Source of the DNA: Mobula hypostoma
Lineage: Eukaryota
Length of the DNA stretch: 64,000 bases
Assembly: GCF_963921235.1 (NCBI RefSeq)
Contig: NC_086108.1
Coordinates: forward strand, 66,528,001-66,592,000
Direction of reading: 5' to 3'
The position numbers and the translations under genes were made by a program. The notes below the pieces were generated by a model. The model had not been told where the DNA came from and did not search any database. It saw only the letters and a list, made by a program, of their open reading frames with translations. Positions within the stretch are counted from its first letter, which is position 1; each line of letters starts with the position of its first letter. Of the stretch, positions 10,072 to 23,129 are shown piece after piece.

Positions 10072-13000
10072 TATTTATATGCACTCCAGGATACATGACA
10101 AGAACACTTTAGTTCTTATATCTAAAGGAAACAGACACGAATTTATAGAATATTATTTCGGATAGCCATTAGAATCTAAGATTCTATGTAGTGGACTACG
10201 GAAGGTGATAAAGTACCTCTTTTAGAGCTATTCGCAAACTGTAAGAAATAGTCGTATCTGTTTGTCGTTATAAGGATCTACTCATCACAGAATCCTTCAG
10301 TAGGTTTCCCCTCACTTAAACTTCACCGATTTGAGCTGTACGATAGCTGTATCTCCCACAATCTGAAGACTCCATGAATCACACTTTAGATTTTCGACTC
10401 CGCTAAAATGTAGAGACTTTGTTCGACCGATTTGAGAACCACATTCAGTGTTAAAGCAATAAAGGTTACCGTACAGAATTCAATCACCTCTATTAGCACA
10501 AGAAAATTTCTAAGATTCAACAAGGTTTTGCTTTAACATTCTTCCTAATACTTAAGAGCAATAATTTAATTTAGTCTTGCTTGGTACCAATTATTCAACT
10601 GGGATTAAAACGAGTTCCATATTAGCTGTGGGGGATCAAGTGCAGTGTACGTCTTTTCTTTAAATCAAGTTATACGCATCGTCATTATTTAAAAATTCCT
10701 TTTGAAAAAAAGAATCGAAACTAGTTACTTTCTCTTGATTGCTGTGCTTCTCGAATAACTGGCCTGGATCAGATGTTAAAATTGGTGAGACTTAAAAGAA
10801 AATGGTGTCTGGCATTTACCGATGCAGGGCTAGTATTTAAATATGGGTTGATTCATTTACCGCACTCTGGAACAAACGTATTCAATCCCTTATGGGATGA
10901 CCCTACTTTCCAAAACCATAGAAATAAATTTTCAAATGAGATTCAGCAAAGCAGATCGATACAAAAATTATTTTTCAAAATTTTGCGGATTATTATGTCG
11001 CGATAACAACAATAAATCTCTGTATTAAATCTTATTTAGACAAATTGGACATTATACTTGGAACAAAAGCTAAGATAATCAGGTCGCCCTTTCGTATTAA
11101 AATTACGATTTTGTCTCTCCCCTTTTTTCCCTTTTATATTTTCACCTTTATTGTCTTTGATTAGCCTTTTCCTTTTCGTCTTTGCACTTTGCCGTACAGA
11201 ATGTTTACCATGAAAACAGCCTCTTTTGTTTCCGTAATGTTTTCCCATTGATATTGAACTCAGGTGCAGTACTTATGTATTTATATATTCCATATCAAGT
11301 GCCTTAGGGAATAATTCTCTTCACATTTCGCGCTTATTTTTATTGAAAATTCATATATTTTAGCGTTCTTTATCAATCTGCGTTTATTAACCTCACGAAT
11401 ATTTTTGCACATTAAGACAGCCAGATGTACTCCTTTTAATATGTCGTCTTGTATACAAACGGTGCTCACGGAAGTGCAGTTTGACCCATTTCATTCCTGT
11501 CACACTGAAACGCCGTATGTATTTTTAAAACTCTGATAAAATAATGAAAATCGATACCGCCAAGGACCAAATGACTCAAATTGGATAAGTCTACTGTACC
11601 AGTCCGGCTAGGCTAATTGTATATACCGGGGTTATATATTTAATTAAATTATATATTTAATTTAATTTATAGTGCCTGCTCGAATTATATCCAACGCGGA
11701 TATAAATTTGGTCCATTGGAGAGCTATATAATTTTGATATAATAACGATGGAGTATTTTTATTTAGTCTGGGAGTTCTAATCCGTTAATTGGTCAATGTG
11801 CATTAATTTTATAGTAACTGTATACTTTTGCCCTAGGTAACCTCCAAACTAAGTTAGCTACCTGCGAGTGCGGCGTTTTCAGGGTGATTGCGCTGTACTT
11901 AGGCTTCAACCATCCTTATTCTTTCTCGTAATTATTTTGTTTGGAAAATATGAAGACTTGCTCCTTACAAGTGTGTGCCTGTTCACCGCAGCAAAGCTCG
12001 TGGCTACAAGGTTTCCATCATCCATCGGCCTGGTTCCTCGCCCAGAGTCAGTGTTTTGTCGCTATATCTCATATTTGCAATATTTTAGCAAAGTGAGAGA
12101 TTCTCGACATATTAGTGCTTATTTATTTCAGTTTTCACATAATCTAAGAAATTATTTTCGCAAACACTTTAAGCAGCTTCCTCGTTAGTTCCCATCTGTG
12201 CAGATTATCTATTAATCGCTACACTAAATGCATGCAATCGATGTAACCCCGTTTTAATAGCGTTCAGAAACTCCTCCGTGAAGTTTCACCCGCTTTAGAC
12301 GTATACAAAATAGGTTGATGAAGTATACTTGCTCTCAAAAGGGGATGCGCATTTTACTAAAAGCAGCGATTCGGCAATAATTAGAAATAGTACTCATTCG
12401 TCAGTTAAGGATATTAATGGTTAGTTTTAACCTACTTACCCACAGTGAGCCTTTAATTGCTTCCTCAGAATTCAAGGTCGAAACTGTACTATCTTAATAT
12501 TTTTCTAGCACCAAATTGCCCATGTTCGATCGAGCATATCTGAACAATTCTAAATAAAATAATTTGTAAAACCGCTTATTTTTCAACCCTTCAGCCGATG
12601 GACATAGCGTGACCATTTCCACCTTTGTCTATTTCATAGAGCAAAACAACTATTTGTGAATTGGGATGAGTTCGTAAATATATCTTGTTAATACGAGGAT
12701 TACGAAACAGAAATCTAAAAATTCCGAAACACGAACGTGATATCTGTATCAGTATAACTCTGAATGTGCTTTTTGTAACGTTCAGATTTTCGAATATTTT
12801 GATTGCCCAGAAACTGTGCAGTTGCAAAGTCTATTCCGGTTTTGGGAAATAAACATTCGAAATATAATGTCATCTTCCTGATCTTTTCCACTTTAAATGA
12901 AACAAAGTCAATGCCGAAAAGGTCACATTAAAATAATATTTTACCCCTTTCTGCTGCCCCATACTCTGCAGTGTTTGCTTGTTATTGTTATTGCTGACTT

Positions 13001-14699
13001 GTTAAGAGCCATATCATATCTTGAGCCATTACCTAATCCGCTCTGATGTAGAGGGGGTCAATGGCTTCCCCTGGAGAACATCATCATCTTTTTCTCCATT
13101 AAGGTTCTATTATTCTTGACCCGAAATATTACTACAGTTTTACAGATTGGTTGGATTGCAGAAAATGTGAAAAAGGATTGGTTTAATGTTTTTCATTGCT
13201 GTTGAAGATTTCCAAAGGCCCTTAATGATTCGAGCCATTTTGACATTAAAGAGAAAAAGTAAATAAAATCTTATAAAATAATTTCATTGTCTTGATGTTC
13301 TTGTCAGTTCAAGTAGTTTCTTTTCGGTTAAGATTCTGAACAGTACGTTGGGAACAACTCACAATCAATGAACTATTATGAAACAGATCTTTTTTCTTAT
13401 ACGTTCGCTCACACATTTTTAAAAAACCGAGAATACTGTGAAGCTGTTTAAATTGCAGGCTAGGTAATAGCAAAGGACGACTTTCCGCAAACAATATTTT
13501 TGACTGAAGTCTTACTGGGCTCTCTAACCTGCGAATAGATTCCAAACAATAATGGATCATGTTACAGAGAGGTTACAGTGGGAAGTAGGATCAGTTGTAA
13601 CAGTAGCCCTGACCAAAGCAAACTTCATCCATTTTCTACGTCTTACAACATAACATGCGAGAGAAAAATATGGTTTTGCTTGCAGACGAGTAAGGACTGA
13701 CAAATGAATGTAGGCATCTGTTTCTCCATTTTATGAAAGAAAGTAGTTGTTTGGATTCTATAAATTATTCTGAGTATGTATAGCAATTCAGAAAACGTCA
13801 GAATCAGGTTTAATATCACCGCATAGGTCGTGAAAATTGTTAACTTAAGAAGTACAATGCAATACATGATAAATATAGAAAAACACAGCAAGGAAGGACA
13901 AATTTTGTGATTAAAAATCAAATGGTTCCAGTAGCTTGTAAGACGTTATTCCTTTGAATTTCAAATATACGCAGAATTATGGAACATTCAAACTTAAGAT
14001 TTAAAAGTACAAACCGATATGTAGATTCTAGTGCTGAGGCAGCGTCTCCGTTTTTGTCAATGTTTTCTCCAGAGAAAAATCAAATCTATTATTCTTAAAA
14101 TCAAAGTAACGATTTATACTTGAAGCGTGATATTGATGATTAAAAGCCCAATTAATTGACAACATTAGCATTCAAAACAAAAAAAATGATCACATTCTGA
14201 GATTTGTTTTAATCTTCGGAGGTTTCCCTGGATATTTGGTGGGCTTTATGTTTAACAAGTTGGGATCCATACTATTAATTATTCCACTTTTAATGTCCCC
14301 GGAGCTCTGTGAAGTAAAACAACGCCCTTAAAATATTATTAAATTATTTCACGATATTCGTTGACATTTGAAAAATAAAGAACAGGATGTGTCCAGCGTG
14401 TATCTTGTACAATAAAGTTTTGTGGTTAAAAACGTGGTTTAGCATTTGCAAGACTTTAAGATAACTTATATAGAAATTGAGCAACGGGGTGTTTACTGTA
14501 ACATGCTCTGTAAGGCCAGTGCTCCCGACTCGCAGTAGTTTGTTGGAACAGAGAGTGATTATCTTATCTTAACTGTTCAACAGAGTTTCCTTGCGTCTTG
14601 AACTCTCGTGTTCTCGGCTTGGCCAGCCCTAGCTTCCCAGCTCCTCTATTATAAACTAGCTCCGACACAAGAGCCACTATTTAACCTTAGTTTCGTTAA

Positions 14700-15060
14700 A
14701 TCAACATTGCTTTTGAAGTCCGCTTAAAGCAGGAGCACCCAGAGGCCAAGCGATTTTATGCCTTAACATGTATGGCAAATCCTGCGCGGTTAAGTAAACT
14801 TAACCTTCATTTATGAAACTTACGAAACATAGGCCAAATGTGACTTGTGCGGTAATTACAGCAGAGCGGGGAGGGGGTCATTTAAACGAGCCCCCAATGC
14901 CACGCAATCCTAATGAGTTTACCAGAAATTGATTCTCTATAATCTTTCTATTTATATGCAGCCTGCTGCCCCTCCTCCATCGTCTCCAGCTCCCAGGGAT
15001 CAGAGGGGACAACCAGTTAAAGCCTTTTGAAGATTTGACATTAAAATTCACAATTTTTAT
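14700..15060. promoter_or_regulatory. candidate conserved non-coding element / enhancer
   Basis: Unique block with TTTATG (posterior Hox/Cdx-type) sites, TAATTA and TAATGA cores, and the inverted repeat GGTTAAG-TAAA-CTTAACC (14788-14805). Conservation not tested. Confidence 0.4.
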
Positions 15061-16537
15061 TTCAGTTTAGCTGGAGTTTTTTTTTCGCATCTCTGCTAGA
15101 GGGGAATGAATACTTTATCTTTTGTTGTATGGATGTTCATTTTATGTGACACGGGTTTTAGTGTCCTCTCTACGTATGTACTAACGGGGAAGTTGGTCGT
15201 GATGTGTACGAATTTTTTAAAAAAAGCAAAAGTCGAATAAAATGAATACAGCCCTGAAATAGAGAACCCGGCTTGACTTTTCCGATTGGATTTAATTTCG
15301 TTTATACTGGTAGTAATTCATTTCGACCTAACTGCGTTCAGCATCTGTTCCAGACGGGTCCACTTCGAAGACATCTGTAGTTGGTTGAACAATGTGTTTA
15401 ATATGCAAAAGCGGCCTGAATTAACAATTACATCTTCGATGTATTCTCAACAGTTTCATTCCAAGACCTTAAAATGTTTTTTTGACACACGCGCATCCAG
15501 GGTGGGGGGAAGAGACCAACAATGTGGGCTGTGTGGCACAGTTCCCCGAATGCTAACATTTGTCTCAATGGGACTGATGATTGAAGGGTTTATAGAACTG
15601 GCAGCTCATTCTTCTCATTTTGCGTTCAGGCACAGTACGTATTTCTATCCCTGTTTCTGTGTAATCTCCCCTATAGCGTAGAATAACACGCCTACGGAGA
15701 CCCAGAGGGGCACAATTTCCTCCCGTAGTTGCCTTGTTGGTTCCAGACTGTGAAGTTACACAGCTCTAGCGCTCAAAGCATGGGTCAACTCTGACCTTGG
15801 AGAACATCATTCTGGTACATGAAAGGGTGCAGAAGACTTCAAGGACGAGGTGAATGATGATTGTAGGGTTAGGAATGATGTTTGTTTTAAAGCTTGCTCT
15901 TTAACCTGAGAACAGGTTCCGGTTTCTATGGCGTCTCTTAGCAACTGATCTGGTAGCGAAAAAAAAAGCTGATAAGTTTGGACTTCCTTTTAAATACAAT
16001 ATTCTGGTCGTCTTTGTTCGTAAACTGCAGGGATGGACCTAAGTATTACAGGACAAGGGTTTCTCATTCCATATGATTCTGGTACTCAGCCACTATATAG
16101 GAGTCCGCTTTGCAATGATGTCGGAGGTGATCTGTGTTCCAATGTTTGTCACAGGCACTAGTCCACGTTGGCATACTATCGCGATATTACAATTTATTTA
16201 TTTTGCTAAGTCTCCGAAAGCATTTCATTTAACCTTGTCAATACATCTTGGGGCTTTTGGACGACTAACGTGGATCAACACCATTGCAGTTTCCTTCTTT
16301 ATTTGTTTCCCTGATGTCCTTTGAAACCCGACTCATGTCCTCTTCATACTCAGGCCGATAGAATGAGTACCGTTTTCTTAATGTGTCTAAATCACTCAGT
16401 TACATCTCTTGTTATATATAGTAAGCCACGCTTATATCTTTCTCACTGAGAGATTTTATAGCTGCTTCCCTGTTAAAGCATTTCCCTCTCACAGCATCAG
16501 CTTCCAAAGATGACCCATGCGCATACTTTTTGTTTCC

Positions 16538-17690
16538 TGAATCAGAATCAGGTTTACTGTCACTGACATACGTGGTGAAATTTGTTGTTTTGTGGCAGAG
16601 CTACAGTGCAATACATAAAAAATACCTGTTACAAAAAGGAAATATTAAATAAATACTACAATAAGAGAGCAAAATAGTGAAGTAGTTTTCATGGGGTCAT
16701 GGATCATTCAGAAATTTGATGATGGAGAGGAAGAAACTGTTCCTAGAAATAAGGGGGTATTGTCCTGGATGGTGTCCTCAATGGTGGGAGGGTTGAACCT
16801 TTGAAGGAGCTGGCCGAGTCTAATCCTCTGGAGCTTGTTTCGATCCTGTGCAATGGAGCTTCCATAGTAGCTGGAGATGCAACCAGTCAGAATACTCTCC
16901 ACAGTACATTTGTATACATTTGTTAGAGTTTTTGGCGACATACTAAATCTCCTCAAACTCCTAATCAAGTATAACGGCTGCCGTGCCTTCTTCATGATTG
17001 CCTCAATATGTTGGGCCCAGAATAGATTCCCAGATACCTCCTTTCCACTGCAGATCCCTTGATGAGGCCTGGATTGTGTTCTCTTGATTTCCCCGTTCTG
17101 AAGTCTACAATCAGTTCCTTGGTCTTATTGACATTGAGTGCAAGGTTGTTTTTGCCTCATCACTCAACCAGCCAATCTATCACACTCCTGTATGCCCCCT
17201 CATCACCATCTGAGGTTCCACTAACAACAGTCATGTCGTTAGCAAATTTAGAGATGACCATTGAGTTTTGCCTAGTCACACAAACATGAATGTACAGAGA
17301 GCAGAAGATCAGGCTAAGCACGCATCCTTGAAGTGTACCAGTGTTGACTGCCATTAAGGAGGAAATGTTGTTTTCAATCTGCACTGAATTCAGGCTTCCA
17401 ATAAGGAAGTCAAGGATACAGTTTTCAGAGGGAGGTAGAGAAGCCCAGATTTTGAAGCTTGTTGATTACTGCTGAGGGGATGACGGTATTGAATGCTGAG
17501 GTCTAATCAATAACAAGAGTCTGACATTCGTATTGCTGTTCTCCAGGTGGTCAAAGTCCGAGTGGAAAAATAGTGAGGTTGCATCTGCTGTACATCTGTT
17601 GTGATAGGCTTGCTCAGGTAGGAGTTAATTCTAGTCATGACTGACCTCTCAAAGCATTTCATCGCAGTAGATGTGAGTGCAACCAGGTGA
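16538..17690 (-). mobile_element. Rex1/Babar-like LINE, 5'-truncated and decayed
   Basis: Minus ORFs give NTGTLQGCVLS...KFANDMTV (RT core) and KKARQPLY...YKCTVESILTGCIS; (GATTCT)n tail at 16540. Confidence 0.85.
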
Positions 17691-18351
17691 TAGTCTACTG
17701 AAGTTAATTACAATTCTTATCACATTTTCATTTTAGATATATTCAGTATGTTAAACCTGCAGGTTTGATTTTGATTAACTATTTCCACATTTAAAATACC
17801 AAACTATTCAACTTAAATTCTGTCTAAAATCATACTAGTCTGGCAATCGAGTATCCACAGTAGCAATGATATTCAGTATGAGGTATCTGCTGCAAGTGTC
17901 TAGTGGCTGACTTCCACTAGTGAAGCTATTCAATAGTTTCCTCCCTGTCTTGTCCAAAGTCTTTGATACTGATCGTATCATACTCCTACTCTATTCTCCA
18001 TTTCCCATCCCCTTTTCCCTCTTTCACCTCATCTCCTTGCCTGCCCATTACCTCCCTCTGGTGCTCCTTCTCTCTTTTTCTTTCCTCCATAGTCTTCAGT
18101 CTCTTTCACCAATCAACTTCCCAGCACTTTATTTCATCCCTCCCCCTCCAGGTTTCACCTATCACCTGGTGGTTCTCTCTCCCCTTCCCCGCACCTTTGA
18201 AACCTACTCCTCAGTTTCTTTTCTTGAGTCCTGCTGAAAGGTTTCGGCCCAAAATGTTGGCTGAACTTTTCTGCATAGAAACTGCCTGGCCTGCTTAGCT
18301 CCTCCAGCATTTTGTGTGTGTTACTTGGATTTCCAGCATCTACAGATTTTC

Positions 18352-18716
18352 ACGCAAACAACAGGAATTCTGCAGATGCTGGAAATTCAAGCAACACACA
18401 TCAAAGGTGAACGCAGCAGGCCAGGCAGCATCTGTAGGAAGAGGTACAGTCGACGTTTCAGGCCGAGACCCTTCGTCCCATGATCCTCTCGTATCCCCTG
18501 TTGCCTATCACCTGTCCAGCTCTTGGCTCTATCCCTCCCCCTCCTGTCTTCTCCTATCATTTTGGATCTCCCCCTCCCCCTCCCATTTTCAAATCCCTTA
18601 CTCACTCTTCCTTCAGTTAGTCCTGACGAAGGGTCTCGGCCTGAAACGTCGACTGCACTTCTTCCTACAGATGCTGCTTGGCCTGCTGCGTTCACCAGCA
18701 ACTTTGATGTGTGTTG
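18352..18716. mobile_element. young mini hairpin PLE (two inverted terminal-repeat arms)
   Basis: Minus arm 18352-18477, plus arm 18478-18716; perfect 13-bp TSD tctacagattttc at 18339-18351 and 18717-18729. Confidence 0.9.
18619..18654 (+). ncRNA. minimal hammerhead ribozyme motif
   Basis: AGUC CUGACGA A GGGUCUCGGCCU GAAACGUC GACU; G-U pair at the base of stem II. Confidence 0.75.
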
Positions 18717-19093
18717 TCTACAGATTTTCTCTTGTTTGTACTCTAGTAACTGTCTTCATTTTCTCAGCCTTGTAGGTTGACATCAATTGTCTTATTCTTA
18801 TCTGACCATTTGTAATTAGAGAACGTCCTGTAAAGTTTATCTTCTGACATCTCTACTGATATTTAAGATGATTAATCATTAGTCTGCTACTAATCCTCAT
18901 GTATAGCTTACACTTTAGTCACATGATGAGAAACAACCTCCGTCTCCCCAGTACCTCTCTGATTACAGGTGGTATGACTTACACCTAAATCTAGATGAAT
19001 CAAAATTTATTCCAATTCAATATCAGATCTAAAGCATCTTTCCATTGTGCTGTTGGTCCAGCCTCATTCCATAGCTACAACACCATACTCTTA

Positions 19094-19275
19094 CTCACTT
19101 ACTCACTCTTACGAAATCCCTTACTCACTCTTCCTTCAGTTAGTCCTGACGAAGGGTCTCGGCCTGAAACGTCGACTGCGCCTCTTCCTATAGATGCTGC
19201 TTGGCCTGCTGCGTTCACCAGCAACTTTGATGTATGTTGCTTGAATTTCCAGCATCTGCAGAATTCCTGTTGTTT
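19094..19275 (+). mobile_element. young PLE 3' terminal fragment with hammerhead motif (19142-19177)
   Basis: Terminal-repeat match; 14-bp direct repeat acaccatactctta at 19080-19093 and 19276-19289. Confidence 0.9.
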
Positions 19276-19759
19276 ACACCATACTCTTATTTAAAATTCA
19301 TTCATGGGAGATGGAGAAAGTTCAGCATCTATTACCCATCCTTCCTTGCATTTGGGAAGCGTTGATGAGTTGTATTTTTTTGTGTCTGCTGGTGTTTTTA
19401 ATGCTATGGAACATGGAGTTTCAGGACCTCAACCCAACAATAATGAACAATCTATGGTATTTTAAATTCCTAATATTGTATGCTTTGAAGAAAATTGTTA
19501 CCATGGGCCTGCTGTATTCATCTTTCTAATTGGTAAAGTTCAAGGGTTTAAGACATTGTCAAAGAATCCCTGACAAATTATATTGCACCTTTCACACACT
19601 GCAACCATCATACAGAAGTCACCAGAGAAGAAAAATATGATTTCTCTTCATTGTATTTCAATCAAATAGCATATTTATTTCTGGGTATATTAACATGTTT
19701 ATGTGTTGATGGTACTAAATTCATTCAGGAAAAGAAGCAATATTGGAAAGGATTTAGGA

Positions 19760-20495
19760 TGTGATTCACAGCAGAATACTCAGTCTCCAACCTGCAAATG
19801 AAATAATGAAACCATCTGGCCTGGTGGCGAGGTTGGATTGCTCTAGTTGACGAGCTGATTTGAAGAGCTTGAAGGCAGCAAAATTTAGGTCTGGAGTGAA
19901 TTGCTGAGTGGCATGGTCTAGGCACTGAGTCCTTCACAGTGGTCGGGTCCTAGTGCGAGGTACGATTCACTGTTTGGACAATTTAAATGCCGGACTAGAT
20001 TGGAAGTGAGAGCTAATTTCACTCGTTTTCTGTGATGTTCACTCCTCTCTCCAAGGGCCCAGAGCCTTTCACTGTTCTGTTGTTTGGTCAATTTAAACAC
20101 TGGCCCAGACGACTGAGGAAATGGAGTGACAGGATCCGAGGCGAGAGCTGATTTTGCTCACTCGCCACGATGGTCACTCCTCTCTCTATAGCGCTGAGGC
20201 TATGAAGACTGTCCTGGCTGCTATGCACTGTGCCTGTTAATATAATGAAATGACAAGTGAGGCTTTAGGCCTACTCTGGGCTGTTTTGGGGTTTGGAGCT
20301 GAGGACTCAATTTGGTTGGGAATATTTTTGTTTGCTTAAATTGTCTCCATGATTTGTGTTTTCTTTTCTTTCTCTTGCGCATTGGGTGTTTTTTTTTATT
20401 TTTTTTCTTTAATTGGGTTATTTTGGGTTTCTTCCTTTGTGGCTACCTGTGAACAAACAAATCTCAAGGTTGTATAATTTATACATGTTCTTTGA
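19760..20495 (+). mobile_element. non-autonomous element with a Rex1-type 3' tail
   Basis: Shares segments with 40860-41250 (ggacaatttaaatgccgg / ggacgatttaagcaccagg; aacaaatctcaa...tatacat...ctttga). Confidence 0.55.
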
Positions 20496-20682
20496 AACAG
20501 CAAATTCTCCATTACTAGTTTCATGATGAAGAAAGTACCATTAATGAGGTGGTTTGACCTTGGCCACTACATTGAGGAACTCATTCAGTGGTGTCCTCAG
20601 CGTGAGAAGGCTATGAAATGCACATCACAGCTATTGCAGACAATTGAACGGAAGGAGAAAAATGGAAATAACCAGAACAGGA

Positions 20683-20815
20683 AGTCCAGAAGAAGGGTCT
20701 CAGCCTGAAAAGGCAACTGTTATTCAATTCCATAGATGCTGTCTGACCTGCTGAGTTCCTCCAGCACTTTGTTTGTGCTGCTCTAGATTTCCAAAATCTG
20801 CAGTATCTCATGTGT
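20683..20815 (+). mobile_element. PLE terminal-repeat fragment, decayed
   Basis: agtccagaagaagggtctcagcctgaaa...gatgctgtctgacctgctgagttcctccagca. Confidence 0.7.
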
Positions 20816-21074
20816 TTAAGATCAGGTAGTGTCTGTGGTTAAAAGAAAGGTTAATAGTACAGATAGATAACCATTCAGAAGAATTGGGCAGCTCTGGTAC
20901 AAACAGAGAAAAAAATAAGTTGTTCAAAAATATTGACTTTATACTGAGTGTAGAGACTGTAAAGTGCACAGACAGAAGATGTTCTAGTCATCAAACTTAC
21001 AAAGTGCCTTATAAGATCAATGCATTAGGATACAAAAAGATGGACCAGCGTAACAGTGAGATGATAAATTAACT

Positions 21075-21585
21075 GATTGGATAATTAGACACTCAGGGTC
21101 ACCCTTGTTGATTAAATGAAGGTGCTTCACAAAATGGTAACCCAAGATGCATTTGTTAAGAAGACTACATTTTGAGCCCCAAATACAATGCACCAGATTG
21201 ACAGAAGGGCAAGTGAACTGCTGTTTCATCTCAAAAGACTGTATGAATCCATGGATGGCAGGAAGGGGAATATAACCAATGTACTGTGTATCTCTTGTGT
21301 TTGCATGGGAAATACTGTGAGCTGGGAGGGATTGCAGAAGATGGAATAGTGGTCCAAGGAATCATGAATGGAATGGCCCGTTAGGAGAGGGAAGGGAGGA
21401 GACTATGTGGTGAAATTTACAAAACATGATCAATTGAATGTGGAAACTTGTAGGGTGGAAAATGAGCAACAGAGGAACTAATTTCCAGTTCTGATGAAGG
21501 AAATGTACCATTAACTCTGTGTCTCTTTCCACAGATCCTGCCTGACCTGAGCGTTGTGAGCATTTTCTGTTTTTATTTCAGGTGA
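21075..21585. mobile_element. old PLE fragment: minus-strand endonuclease region plus plus-strand terminal repeat
   Basis: ORF 21017-21229(-) QQFTCPSVNLVHCIWGSKCSLL resembles the decayed GIY-YIG N-terminus; terminal repeat at 21485-21580. Confidence 0.6.
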
Positions 21586-22224
21586 CCAGAGGAGTATTTT
21601 AAGAATGTTATAAAGTGAACTATTACATCTTAAAGATAAGTAAATTTGAGATATTTATCTGAAGAATGACAAGCAGCACATCAGGAATTAGTTCTTAATT
21701 GTTATAGAGGTTGTCAATCAGTAGTTACACACAGAAATACACAGCTAAATCTCAAAATATATTACATTTTAAAACTGCTTTCCAGTGAGGTTATTTCATG
21801 AACTGGCAGTAAACTTTGGATTTTCTTCCTTCTCTGTACATGTGTCCACTGCAGAAATTGTTAGCAGATCTCTTCCCTCATAACAAAGATTAGTTCGACA
21901 TTTTTCTCACTGTGAAATAAATTTATATTTATTGCAAAGCATTTAAATAACCATTTTACTTCCTTGTGGAGGGCTTTTATAAGTTGCACTTAGCATTTAA
22001 ATGCGATGGTGGCATGTAGAGTCATTATTAAGCATATTATACGCATGCACATAGACAGAGAAATATGATATATTTAATAAGCTCCTACAAAAGTTTTCAT
22101 ATTTAAATTTCTGCTCCCATCCATGACCAGAAAAAGTGAGAGATGGACACGTATTGATAACTGAGAAGCAATCTGCAAGAACATTATGATTGCTATAAAA
22201 GAGAAAGTGCTGTTTTATAATCTG

Positions 22225-22340
22225 GACAAAGGGTCCTGAACCTGAAATTTTAAATGGTTCTCTGTCCACAGATGCTGCCTGACTTCATGGCTGTTTCCAG
22301 CCTTTTCTGCTTTTGTCACAGGTTTCTAGGATTTGCAGGT
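22225..22340 (+). mobile_element. PLE terminal-repeat fragment, decayed
   Basis: tctggacaaagggtcctgaacctgaaa...ccacagatgctgcctgac. Confidence 0.6.
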
Positions 22341-23129
22341 TTATGATGCTCAGGATTGCAAAAGTACTGCTATGATAAGATGAAAGGAAAAGTAGCACAA
22401 AAATTTCAAAATAATAAAAGAAGGGGAAAGTATTTCTAACGTCAAACCAAAGTATAACCAGATGGGAAATGTAACTGAATGATATAAAATATTGAAGGAC
22501 ATTGTCATTTAAAGTTACGTTTCATTGCAGCTGGAAAAGGATAATGGTCGAACCTATTGTGCCAACTACCGCCTGCATTAAGCCAGTTCAACAACACTAT
22601 GCTTCCAAGGAACTGGCAATTTTATAATGCTCCATTAAATGATTTCAGAGCTCCTGGATGTTGAGGTAAAAAGCTTTTAGCAACTCAGTGTGGAAATCAC
22701 TGGAAACAGCCAAGCTATTTTTCTTAGCTATTGGTGTAACCCTGAATCATCTGTTTGAATTAATGTTGAAATTAGCACTTTCCCCATATTTCATTCTAAC
22801 GAGTAATGCAAAACTCTTAACATAATATTTCTATGTATTAATTTATAGCATTTTCCAAACATGACAAAGTTTGCAGAAAAAAATAACATAATGTTGTATT
22901 GTTAACCAACAGAAGTCCTTTAAATAGATAGGACTCAGTATTCATTCATATCCTGGGCAAAACACTGTCATAAGTTGGAACCTGAGTTCACTGGCATGCC
23001 ACACCATTTCTATTGTTATAAGATTTCCTGGTGAGGAGGAGATGACGAATCTTTGTTCCAAGCCTCACATCAAAGTCCATACTTGGGTAAAGCAACTGGG
23101 CTATCCGCCTAAGATTATTGTAATTATTA

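Larger units (their letters stand above)
17950..18740 (+). mobile_element. older PLE 3' terminal repeat hosting a nested young hairpin PLE
   Basis: Pyrimidine-rich PLE 3' UTR with a degenerate hammerhead (gagtcctgctgaaaggtttcggcccaaaatgttgg); its tail resumes after the TSD at 18717-18729. Confidence 0.75.

Noticed and set aside
11575..11822. Possible MITE or old repeat fragment
   Set aside because: No convincing TIR pair or TSD could be defined by eye.
15091..15713. Additional CTCF-like words (ctgctagagggga, cccagaggggcac)
   Set aside because: Each breaks conserved core positions; too weak without data.
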